In this document: in pieces, positions 28,750 to 39,739 of the stretch
Numbering within the stretch: the first letter of the stretch is position 1
Layout of the letters: the number at the start of each line of letters is the position of its first letter
Source of the DNA: Klebsormidium nitens
Taxonomy: Eukaryota; Plantae; Klebsormidiophyceae
DNA length: 64,000 nucleotides
Direction: 5' to 3'
NCBI GenBank assembly: GCA_000708835.1
Contig: DF237165.1
Coordinates: 1-64,000 of the forward strand
Notes under the pieces: model-generated
Seen by the model: the letters and a program-made list of their open reading frames with translations, nothing else
Database searches by the model: none
Told to the model about the DNA's origin: nothing
Program-made: the position numbers and the translations under genes

Positions 28750-29645
28750 TTTCATCGGACGGTTCTGAGACAATTACGCGAAAGCGGACGCGCCTTGCGG
28801 CACATCGTCCGCTTCGCGCTGGAGGCAAGCTGTCCAAAGCAGGGAAGTGAAACCGGCCCTTCAGATATAGAACGCGGAATCAAGAAACTGTTCTCTTGCT
28901 CTAAGATTCCTCTTCGCCGGAGCCTCCTGTCAAAGTGCGCGGACGAATGGATCCGGGCTTGCTGCAACCCTTCTTGAGCCTCTTGTGGCGCCGATATTGG
29001 TAGAGCCCACATGGGCGACTGACTTGCTCGGAAGCGAATCGCTAAGGACCATCTTTTCGACGTATAATACAGTGAGCATAGGGGACTATACTTTTAATGA
29101 AAGCTCCTAACCAGTATCCTTGGTTCGACAGCTTGCATAGATAGATACGAGTCATGCGTGCACATGTAAGATTGCCCATGTCTCGAAATGATCTTGCATA
29201 GATCTTGCATAGCAGGAGTTCCAGCCTTTGGCGGAAAGAACAAGCTCAGAAGAAAGCGCACTTGCTTCTTCGATCTGATAACCTTTTTCTAGTGTCAGCG
29301 TGTGCGTTTTGGAACCAGGAATTTACTAAGGTACGAGAGCCGCTCACTGAGAGTCACTCAAAGTGAGAGCCGCTCACGATAGTCACTCGCCTCACGTGAG
29401 TCACTCTGGTCACGCGGCTCTCGTGAGCCGCTAGTGCGCAGTATTGCCCGAATCTTTGCTCTTTATGGCCAGTGAGCAGTACATGTTGGCTCACGGATTC
29501 AATTGGAGCCGGCTCTCGATTGATCATCGGTTCATGCAGGTTCAATCGACGGTCGAAATCTGATGTGACCACTGACCCACAGATACTGATTTCTTGGAAT
29601 AGGCGTAATATAATCAGAAACCACGTACGAAGGTTCACCTTACGT

Positions 29646-29898
29646 GGGGCTGTAGCTTAATCGGTAAAGCGCCAAACCGCCGGTTCAAGAAACCGGCCCG
29701 TGGTCACAATGACCTCGAGGGGCCGCTTTCCCTTCTAGGGGGGTGATCCCTTGGCGGCACGGAGCTTGTCAAGCTCCGCGCTGCCTGCCGGGCCCCAGTG
29801 GTCCGGAGCCCGCGCGAAGCTCAGGAGTCCTCAGGAGGTTCCTGAAAGGTTCCTCCTGAGGAAGTTGAGAGATGCGGGTTCGAGCCCCGCCAGCTCCA
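29646..29898 (+). ncRNA. 253-nt tRNA-framed structured RNA (Ala-type acceptor stem, D arm and T arm; large multi-helix insert replacing the anticodon/variable arms)
   Basis: Acceptor GGGGCTG/CAGCTCC-A with G3.U70 and A73. D arm GCTT-AATCGGTA-AAGC. T arm GCGGG-TTCGAGC-CCCGC (29874-29890). A box 29653-29664, B box 29877-29886, upstream TAATATAAT 29606-29614 and T5 run 6 nt downstream. Confidence 0.75.
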
Positions 29899-29903
29899 AG
29901 ATG

Positions 29904-29908
29904 TTTTT
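29904..29908 (+). terminator. Probable RNA polymerase III terminator (T5)
   Basis: TTTTT begins 6 nt after the discriminator base of the tRNA-framed RNA. Confidence 0.6.
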
Positions 29909-30007
29909 CTTGACCCCTGCTGTCCAGTGCAATTCACTTATCTCTGAAATTGTCATCAAACCTAGCGTCAACTCATCATCTGAGTGATTGTCCTGAATAT
30001 GCACCAA

Positions 30008-30047
30008 CTTGCATACGTACCTAGTTCGTCCTAGGTACGTATGCAAG
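30008..30047. repeat. Perfect 17-bp inverted repeat with a 6-nt loop
   Basis: CTTGCATACGTACCTAG-TTCGTC-CTAGGTACGTATGCAAG. Confidence 0.9.
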
Positions 30048-32251
30048 CTGGCAAGCTAACTATGCGCCGTCGGCCGTCTGCGCACACGCAAGAGGCACGT
30101 GGCCATTAGGTGAGTGCGCCGGAGGACCAATAAGCTGACAAGGTTCCGTCAGCCAGGAGTTTCAATGCCACCAGATTGAGATTGTTGTTTTTCTTTTCAT
30201 GAACTGACCCCTTTGATTGGAAAAGTCAAGACGAGGGAAAACATGTTCGCGAATTTTTATGGAATAACAGCTCAAAAGGGGCACGTATATAGATCCACAG
30301 AGCGAGAAGCAAAAGCAGAGCTCGTGCCGAACGGATCCCCCAGAAGGTCTCGCCAGAGGTCCAAAGGCCCCCATCAATGGAGGATCTTCATAAAGGAGAA
30401 ATGTTTGTCTGAAATAAAACTTGCTCAAATCTGTAGAATGGAAGCTCCCAATCTTCGCGCCCGCTCATCTCCCTGACCTGCAAATAATCTCCGGTAGAGG
30501 GGGTAAGCTTCCGCTCCTCCGATCAAACCTTCTCTAGATGCTTCAAACACGCATTGAAGACGCCTATCTGCATTTCTTCGTTGGACCTATCGCATAAAAC
30601 AGCCGTCAAGGAAGAATAGAACGAGCGGGCTCGGTAACTTCCTCTGTGCAGAGGCGCGGACTCCAGGGCTGTTGATGATCTTCCTCAAGAACCGGTCCAA
30701 TCTCATGGCCTCAAGGAAGAGCAAGCTCCTGCTCTATATCAAGACGCCCATATACAGAGGTTCAACCCCTCTGCACGAATAGGCTGGTCATGTGGTGGTT
30801 GAATGTGTTCAAAGCAAGCTGCATCTACAAACTTCGCATATGGGATCCGGAAAAGGCTCTCCGTGGCCGCAGTTGCCGAGCGCTGTTTCGACGAGCACAA
30901 CGACATGAACGTCGCAGCGGAGATTGGCGAGGCGAGCGCTCAGCAGGGGAAAGATGGGAGGCCGAGATAAAGCAGGCCGTCTTCATTGGGTCTTCCTGGT
31001 TGCAACGGGAAGGGGGTGCAAGGGACATGGAGTCAAATCGAATGGCGAGCGGAGTAAAGGCACCCTCTGAGAACAGGAAAGTGAGGCGGGCAGAAGAGAG
31101 CGAATGTCTTCGCTCTATTCTAGTTGTTGAGACGGTCTTTCATTTCAGCGGTCGCCGTTTCCGGATTTAGCATGCTGCCTGGATGTGTGACCACAGCGGG
31201 CAGCCTAGCTGCAACGGGCCGAGCAGGCAAGTCAGCCGCCTTATGTGCTGTGGATGATAAGAGAGAGTCCCGATAGAATCTTTAAGCGAGCTCCGACAGA
31301 AGAAACCTAGAGACGGCTTCAAAAGAAAGCCCAACTGCCAGCTCACGCAGTATCGAAGCTAACCGTCACCTGTTTCAAACACCACCCCGGGAACACCACA
31401 AGATGAAGTTCAAATCGAGCACTGACGCAGAAGTGTCTGTCCTCCTTCTTTGGGAGTGTCTTCTGCTGCATACTCTAGCCTGCCTATAATCTGGTCGGGA
31501 AGGACGGGCCAGAATAGAGTAAAAGCGGGCAAGATGGAGCGTCCAAATGAGGAGCGTGTTTGCGGCTTCGCATATTTTTGAACCGAAAGCGTCCTTCCTT
31601 GAAAAGCAGAGTCCTTTCGTGGGCAATCAGTTGGTGCGCAAGCTGACTTTGACCAGAGCTCTCGACGCGCAGCTTCTGGTGGCGCTCTATCGCGCCTCTC
31701 TAGCTACCAGAGCAACCGAATCGCAGACAAGGGGGGGTGAAAACCGGAAAATCATGCTTACAAGGAGCAAAGTTTTTCGAGATCGTGGAGAGTGTGGGCT
31801 CCGAGTCTCGCCTACCGCTTTTGATGCCCGCATTTAGTTACAGTGAGCACCTGCGACTTCGTCCAGTACTTCAAGCTTTTTCGAGATGAATAGGCTCATA
31901 AGTAACATCAGACTCTGAGGTTGAAACCTCTTTTATCGGTGCAAATGAAGACCGTATCAAACAGCAGTTCTCTTTCTCATATATCATAGACTTAGAGCCA
32001 GAGCTTGGCAGCGCTGAGTTACATCATTGAAGGTCATGCATTGCTACAAGTAGGTGCCTGAGACCCAACCAGATTCCGAGTGGCCGGCGAAGAGTCATGC
32101 GTGGAGACAGAGTCAGCCTGACAAAGTCTGTAGGTACACTGTTCCGATCAACCTTTCTCAGCTTCCAAGCGGCCGCAGCCGACTCGTGTCTTTGGTGGGC
32201 ACGCGGCACGTTGCCGCGGAAGTACGGCCTTCCATGGAAGCCGTCTGATGT

Positions 32252-32446
32252 GCCACGTGGAACCATCGGACGGGTCGCACTCGATTTGGGTTGCAGGCGG
32301 AGTCCGCCCACAAAGAAATTGGAAAGGCAGCGCATGCATAAGGCAGCTTTCTGCTCCTGGTTTATCAGTGGACCGATCCGGGGCGCCCCCCGGCCCAGGG
32401 GCAGGCCCTCTGTCCAGGGGTGCTCCACGGAGCTCCCCCGGAACAA
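32252..32446 (+). repeat. Structured element family copy C (G-box 32252, GCCCAC 32306, TGCATAA 32335, core 32377-32442)
   Basis: One substitution versus the A/B core, the same 29-nt GCCCAC-TATA spacing, and a G-poor C/A-rich tail. Confidence 0.9.
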
Positions 32447-33353
32447 CCCTTCCCCAAACCATTCAGCCACTTCCTACTTCACTCAACCGCCACCTCATCA
32501 ATTGCCACCACTCCTTCCCTTCTTCAATCGCCCCGTATCACCCGCTACCACAACAACCCAAACACCTCATGTATCCAAGAACCACCAATTAAATTTCTTC
32601 TCAAATTATCCCGTATGTGAATGATGCTTTTACGCAGATGGACAAGCCGCGTGCTCGCGTGACATGTGGGTTTGTTCAAAGCTGTTCCTTGCTTATGTCA
32701 ATGCGACATTCAATTAACGTGGAAGTTGTCAATGAGCAATCGTGACAAATCCTTTGGCAAGCAAACGTCTGGCATGCTTGCACTTCACCTCCGGTCCTGA
32801 TAAAATCACCACCGTCTATATAAACGTCTGATTAGGTCTGCTTCCAGCGGTCAATCGATGCACTTTCGGTTTGGAGCTACACAACGACCAAGGGATGGAC
32901 AGATCGATAACAAACAACCACGGCTAGCAGCCGCGACTTCTTTTGCGAGATTCCGCACACTTATATCGGATTTGTTCATGGACGACGTCAATTCTACAAA
33001 AACGGACCGATCCGTCATGAAGGGCTCAGATGACGAGCTTCGATAAGGCTGCACGAAATCGAGATTTTAGATACAGAATTGTCAGACACCTTTCTAAGGA
33101 CAAAGCACCATCTAATCGTACATACAAAGGACCTCGGCCTGATTGGGCGCTCGGCGCGTGCTTTGGCGGAAGTTTCTGCCTTTGATCAGCGGAGCTCTAA
33201 TCGTACCTTAGTGCAACGTTAATCAGGTCATGATCAAGGTTGGCAAGATCTTATGTGGCCAAGAATTCGATGGTGATTTGCAAAAGCTAACCCTTTGAGG
33301 GGTTGATTTGGGGGAGGGGGGAAATCTGGCGGGATTTGAATTGTACACACCTT

Positions 33354-33513
33354 TCCGGGGGAGCTCTCGAGCTCGTGGAAAAACTCCATACAGAGGTCGG
33401 CCTGCCTCTGGAGCGGGGGGCGCCCCGGATCGCTCCACTAAAAGATGAGGGCCAGAACGCTGCGACCGTGAATTTTCAGAAACCCCTTTTAGCCGCCCAT
33501 GCTGCCACGTGGC
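33354..33513 (-). repeat. Structured element family copy D (diverged; core 33354-33429, G-box near 33504)
   Basis: Retains the TCCGGGGCGCCCCCC 5' end, the GAGCTCCCCCGGA 3' end and the CAGAGG/CCTCTG helix. Confidence 0.75.
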
Positions 33514-34120
33514 GATCAGCGAGTGACTATTCTGAACGAGGGTGTCAGGAAGCAGACGGCCGCACCACTTCCCGGCATGAGTTCGTACACGCGACTCTCT
33601 GTCAGTATCACTTCTCAGCAGTTCCCCAAAATCATACTGTCTGGATAGAACAGCTTGCCGAACTCTGCATGACAAGCAGGTTAGCTGCAAATCACTCCAC
33701 CCGTTCTCCATGCATCCGCAGAGCATTTCCAGAAAAACGAGCGCCGGAAACCTCTTCTTTTAATCTACCTGCGCATGGTATGCATGAAATTTCAGTACGT
33801 TCATGCAGTACGGGACCGGATCAACTTGTCGTGACTTGCTCCACAGTCCCGCGCTCCCCCCGTGGCACTTTTCCCCTTCTTGGTTGCACTATTGGTCGGT
33901 CCTCGCGCGATAAGAGCTCCGCTTGGATTTTAGCTTTTGCCAGCCCTTTCTCTCTTTCGAATTGTTTCGTTATCTCGCTCGGCAGTGTGATCCAATTTGC
34001 ACCTTTAGACGACCGCGTGGCAGTGCCGACGGCCACATTAGTCCAGAAGTCAAATCAATCAGTTGAGCCCAAAATTTTCAAACTGAAACGTAAGCCTTCG
34101 GATACTGCTTTCCGCATCGA

Positions 34121-34183
34121 CTCTGGGTGCCCGTTCCTCTCAGAGGGAGAACCTCTGTCCAAGGGTGCTGATCTGCGAAGCTC
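34121..34183 (+). repeat. Structured element family copy E (degenerate, partial)
   Basis: CAGAGG-GAGAA-CCTCTG-TCCAAGGGTGCT...AGCTC aligns to the central core. Confidence 0.55.
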
Positions 34184-35401
34184 AACGCCCTAAGAATATA
34201 GGCATGTCCCCCTCTAGCGCGTGTCTTACAACAAGTTCTGTTGAAATTTTGCTTCATCAAGGCTCTTTGCTTTGCTTTGATGAATCAAAAGGGTTGCAAT
34301 CGTATCCGCGTCAGACAGACCATCATGTGACTGGTCACTCGAGCACTTGCCGATCGTGATTTGCTTGCAAAGTGCGACATCGAGGCGGTGAGGACGGTCT
34401 CTGGCTTACAGTGCAGACGCTCGAGTGGAGGTGCTTCTAAAGCCCGCACCTTGTGTATCTACGAAGGTCTGAAGTCTTTTTCAAGTACCGCTTGCAGAAT
34501 GCATTGGCGGCGGCAACATTGTATCCAGTTGAGCGAGCGCAGTCCTTCTTCAGTGCATGATGAAGCTTGTCTCGGAGTTGACCCAACACGTCAAATTCCC
34601 AGTGTTAGCCTTCCCCTTTCCAGTGCAGGACGAGATGACTATGTGTGCAACTCCCTTCACATTGTTTCGAAAACTCAAAGACGAACATGTGTGAATATTC
34701 AGAATTTCAAACCATGATTATAAAAAGATCGCGACTAGTCGAATAATTGAGAGGGAGGTTGATCAACATTCAAAGTAGGGGTGATTGATACGTTGTGAGA
34801 CAATTGATCGTGTTTGCGCGCGGTCTGCTCTTTGAAAGTGCAGTCCTTACTGTTCCATACTGATCAGTATTCGTTGTCGTTTGCCGACGAATGATTGATG
34901 AAACATAGTTGTAAATGGCCTTTCCGGCCACATTTGTTCATGTAGGTTGTAATATTATGGAATGGGCGTAAAAGCATTTATTGATGCAGACTTTTGCTAA
35001 GAGCGGCTCGAAACTGATCTCACAAGATTCCTCCTTGGGGACGAAGCATTTATTAGCGCCATTGAAGCAAGACATGGCGTTTACTGTCAGTATGTTTACA
35101 CTTGCGCGCAAGAGATTGTCCATTCCTAAACCTACTTCCAAACCTCACTACTCTACGACGCAGATTTTCAGGGAGTAAGGATGCAGTGTTCGATGGACAA
35201 AATTGCATCCCCGCTCAATCAATATTGGTAGTCAGTTATCTACCCCGTTATATACAATCTTCTGCTTTACTACTACTTTCCCGTCAATTTGACGAGGTCA
35301 AGACGCGAAGAATGCGAGAACCAGGAACCCATCTCCTCTCTCGAGAAGCGGCCTGGCAAGACCCTCTAGTTAACACCTAGCTGGGGCCGACCGTACTTTG
35401 C

Positions 35402-38400
35402 TCAGTTTGCCAGCATGGCAGGGGAGGGGAAATGGTCCATGTCGAAGAACGGGCTCAAGCCGTCAATCGCCTCTGGGCATTCCAGGCTCTGTGCGTAGTG
35501 CTGGAGCGCGGCCGCGGCCGCGAACACCTCGTCGTCGCTCAGGTTGTTGACGAAACGCGCCCCGCCGATACCGCTCATCAGCGGCACCCGCTGCAGGCCA
35601 TCGCGCGCGATAGTCATATCGCGGAGCCCCTGCATAAGAAGCAACATTTCTCCACGTTAGTCCAACTATTAGACTACAGCGCCTCCGTTCGGACAACCAA
35701 ACCGACGACGGACGGACACATAGTAGGAGCTCTGATACAAAACGATCGTGGTCCTAGCCGAAGAGCGCGTCAAAACACATCTTCACTCCGCACGTGAACG
35801 TGAAGCAGAAAGCCTGTCGAGACCTTCACTTCATAGTCACCAGCGGATTCAGTAATCGAAGGGCCACAAAAACAGTGTGCGCGCACCTTGATCAGCAGTT
35901 TCGGGGTGACGGAGGCGTGCCAGAAGGGCAGCCGAAGCGCGCGCATGATGGCGAACACGCGGCGCTTGTGGTCGGCCGTGATGTAGCCGCGCCGGTGGGC
36001 GATTTCGGTGGTGAGCGCCATGTCGATGTTGACCGCCTCGCCGTGCAGCAGTTCGTCGTTGGTCTCTAGCGCCGCCATCTCAATTTCGGGGGAGAACGTA
36101 TGGCCGTAGTCGACGACACGTGTCAGCACGTGCTCGTACAAGTTGCACTCGAGCTCCTCCAGCATACCCTGGATGGACCGCCGCAGCACAAGGCGCGCAG
36201 CGGGCGTCTGCACGGGAATACGATTGTGGTTAGATACAAGCCACTTGGTTGACACTTCACAAGCCGGGTTGTTGGTTATGGTGTTTGCACCGCACACAAA
36301 GATTTCGCCACATTATCACTCATCCTAAGCAACTCCGAGGACCTATCCTCGTCAAGCTTGAAAGGATCGTCGAAGTTCGCTGAGTGGATGCCGAAAAGGC
36401 GAGGCAGACCTACGCCATTAAATTCGAAATCTGCACCATGAAGGCAGCATTCGCCAGAACGTTATATGCGATAATCCAGCTTATCTGTCTTCGTCCCATA
36501 TTGCCTCACCTGGAATCTGGACGCAATGAGCTGCGCCGAGTGCTGCTCGAGCATGTGGAAGAGCGGCGCGTCCTTAATGGCGGCCATCTTCAGAATCTCC
36601 GCGGCGCCGTTGCTGAGGTGGCGGTCGTCCAGCGTTTTCAGGAACGCGCGGTCGTAAAACACACCGAGCGGCGGGCAGTATGTGCCCAGCTTGTTCTTCT
36701 TGTTGTGGAAGTTGACAGCAGTCTTCACGCCGATCGACGCGTCGACAACGGCCATCAGAGTGGTCGGGATCTGCCCAAATTGTGGAGTAACGTCAGCTAA
36801 CCGTCGAGGATCGGTGAATCCTAGTGTACCGTTCACACCGTTCCGGTGAATCCTAGTGTACCGTTCACACCGTTCCCGTTCAGTCGCAGATCTGGCGGCT
36901 TCTTGCTCGGCGACGGATACAAAGGAAATGATAATGAAGACAAGGATTTGGGTGACAGGGATCGAGTCCGCCTGCTCCCGAAGACACATGCAACTGTTAC
37001 GCCCAGACCTTTGTAGTAAGCGAAGGCCGAACTCTCATGAACCGAAGGCCAACAATTCCCAAAAAGGAGCAGACCATTGACATGCTTGCTTATGATCCCC
37101 ACCTTAATGACGGGTGTGTTTCGTCGGTACAGGTTCGCCGCCAGCCCCACGACGTCCAAACACACCCCACCTCCGATGGCAATCAGTGGCTCCCGTCGCC
37201 TGGGTCAAACGGAAGGGGCTCAGCCTCTGGCAAAGAGGGCGTTATCAGTCGAAAGGCCGTGACTTGCACAATCACAAACTTACGTACATAATCATCAATC
37301 GCCTCGAAACATGCTATGCAAGTACATCGCGATGTTAGTAACACTCGTCAAGCAGACTACATCTCGTAGATATCCTCATACCTGTGCAGTTTGAAGTCCT
37401 CAATCTGCTGAGCAACCTCGAACACGAGGTCGAAGCTCTTGTTGGCCTCGCAGAACGGCAGCTGGATGATCTTGCTCTCTACCCGGTGGTGCTCCAAGTA
37501 CTGCACCATCACATATTTACGGTCAATCATAGGGTCATCAACAGTTGCCAACTTAAGACATAGTCATCCAGAAAGCACGAACTGAGAACCTGACTGAGAT
37601 CAAACAACTGATATTGATGAGTATAGTCTCTAACTCAGACCAATCTTATGAAGTTGGACAATTAACAACCAGCCAAAGTGCACTGTTGATGACCAGAGTG
37701 CACTGTTCATGACAACCCATCAGAATTGTGCGAGTCTGACTTCACAGCGAAGGGACTGATGCACAGGAAATACCAACTTCTGCGCACCTTGTCTAGCTTG
37801 GCACCGTGCAACCGGTACCAGTTCTCATCAACAACCAGCAGTCTTCTCAGCTGCTTGCCAGCACTCCTGGTGTAAGGGGCCACCTGGGGCGGGAACGTGT
37901 TGGGCACGATGCCTGACAGCAAGGCCTGGACAAAGAGGGGGTCAATTAGTGTGGCGACGCGAGGGTTGTCAGACCTGTTGTTGAACAATAATGTACCTCT
38001 CTGTATGTCTTGAACACAGGTCTGCCTTTCCTGTGTCTGTTCACAGTGCTAATCACAGGATTCACAGTGTTGATCACACTGGATTCACGGCGCTAGTCAC
38101 CGGATTGCAGCGGCAATGGTGACTTCCAAGCACATGAGTAAGCTGTGAACCAATCACTGAACATTGTGATGAGGACAGCAGAATGACAGGTTAGTGAACA
38201 TTGCTTACCATGTTGGAAGGGTTGAGGAGATCCTCGCACTCCTCTACGCTATACATGATGGGCTGGGTTGCCTGGACCGTAAATTTTCCCTGGAAACAAA
38301 AAAGATCTGTTGAGCACGTGTCTGCATGCACTAGCTGTTCATATGCAGAACTTGTGCCAACTCCCTTCCAGAGATGCTCTCAGCAACAAAATTACAATGT

Positions 38401-39407
38401 CTTAAGTACCTTCAGAGCCTCTGCACAGAAGAACAATGAACCAAGACCACTTACTGTGTGGAGACCCTTGAGGCCTGACCCCAGTTCACCAGTCAGCCCG
38501 CTGTCAAGAACAGAAGCCTCCCTAAGGTCAGGGAGTGGCTGCGCCTCAACAAAGGGGCGTGGAGGAGTTGCCACCGCACTAGGCTGCTGCACTTTAGGCG
38601 CCCTTGATAGGCTGGCAGATCTGAATGGACAAGAGCAGAAGACTGTCAGAAGGGTCTGCCATGTCACAACATTGCATCACAGTGCTACTGAAATGTGAGA
38701 CACACCACCTTCTTCGCGGCGCCCTGCTAAGGTAGGATCCTGGAGCTATGAGACACTGTAGTGGAAGCCCTGGATGGGTGATTGAAGTCTCAGATAATTC
38801 TGACAGGGACCACTGACAAACCAATGACATTTGAGAAGTCAAGGAGGTTGCGCGTCCTTAAGAATGATACTGACAACAATCAGTTGTGAAGTAATGCTGT
38901 CCGTTTCATCAGGATCACCAGACCGTAGTTGTTTGCCTCTTCAAAGAATTGCCTCTTCAAAGGATTGCCTGTACAAACAACATAACTCCTGCCCTGATAA
39001 CAGCAATGCTGAAGGTACTGTTAATGATGACACTTGACCACTTCATGGATGAAGGATCTGGCGCTTAGCATGCATGCAATGCCCCTCAAGGGAAACATCC
39101 TGACAGCCAGCCACTTTAGGATGATCTGGAAAGCGCCATGGCCTCAGAGCTCCCGTTCTACACAAACTAGCTGCAACGCCCCTCTTCTATGCCCATCAAC
39201 ATAAGTGAGAGGTTTGCAGACCCACCCTTGAGCGATAGCCCCCATTGGAAGTCCTACAAACGAGCTATTGGCAGCTCGCTCTAAGTTGACACCGCCCATG
39301 ATTGTCGGGGCCGCCAGAGCCCTCCCAGGCCGGGAGCCGCTCATCACGGTGTCAAATGGCTGGCGCACCACACCGCCAAATGTCTGCCTTGCGCAGACGG
39401 CGTCCAT
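35402..39407 (-). CDS. eevs: 2-epi-5-epi-valiolone synthase-type sedoheptulose 7-phosphate cyclase (DHQS-like; gadusol/mycosporine ring formation) with N-terminal extension
   Basis: Spliced product contains GKFTVQATQPIMYSVEECEDLLNPSN, RRLLVVDENWYRLHG, EANKS, RREPLIAIGGGVCLDVVGLAANLYRRNTP, IPTTLMAVVDASIGVKTAVN, KNKLGTY, NGAAEILKMA, GMLEELECNLYE, RVVDYGHTFSP, LLHGEAVNIDM and RDGLQRVPL. Exon 1 is 39407-39226 and its phase matches the next exon. Confidence 0.92.
36812..36875. repeat. Exact 32-bp tandem duplication in an EEVS intron
   Basis: CGGTGAATCCTAGTGTACCGTTCACACCGTTC x2. Confidence 0.95.
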
Positions 39408-39739
39408 CTTGCTGCCTGTCTAGTTGATTTCTCGTCTTTACTTTTTGACTCGGCTCCCAGAATGTGGGTTTGGAAGAACTTGCTGCACCGCTGTACTGCG
39501 GAAGGGTAGCCTGCTGGACCGGAGTAGACTACCTTTGCAGCGCCAATTCCTGGCGGCTCTGCTGTGCACGATGCTCGTGATGGTAAGCCCTGCTGGTGGA
39601 TCAGCTCAGGTGGCGAGCGGAGGAGCAGTGCTGAGCTGGATGCTAAGGGGCGGAAGAAGAGCTGGGAGCTTACTTGATCGAGCAACTTGCAGCAAGTGTG
39701 CTGGGGAGAATGCAGCAGGCAGATCCCCTATATCCTCCG

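Noticed and set aside
29646-29898. Conventional intron-containing tRNA, tmRNA, or group I/II intron-containing tRNA
   Set aside because: No anticodon stem or U33, no tmRNA-type D-loop or tag ORF, and no recognisable group I P7 or group II domain V sequence.
30284-30790. Further family-like fragments (TATATAG + GATCC hairpin at 30.3 kb; CAGAGG/CCTCTG hairpin at 30755-30773)
   Set aside because: They lack the core ends and the fixed-spacing promoter, so similarity is too short to call.
26400-35300. Long ORFs in the intergenic block (e.g. 27368-28015, 33303-34193) as transposase or viral genes
   Set aside because: No RT, integrase, DDE, HUH, helicase or viral motifs are recognisable. They mostly read through the repeats.
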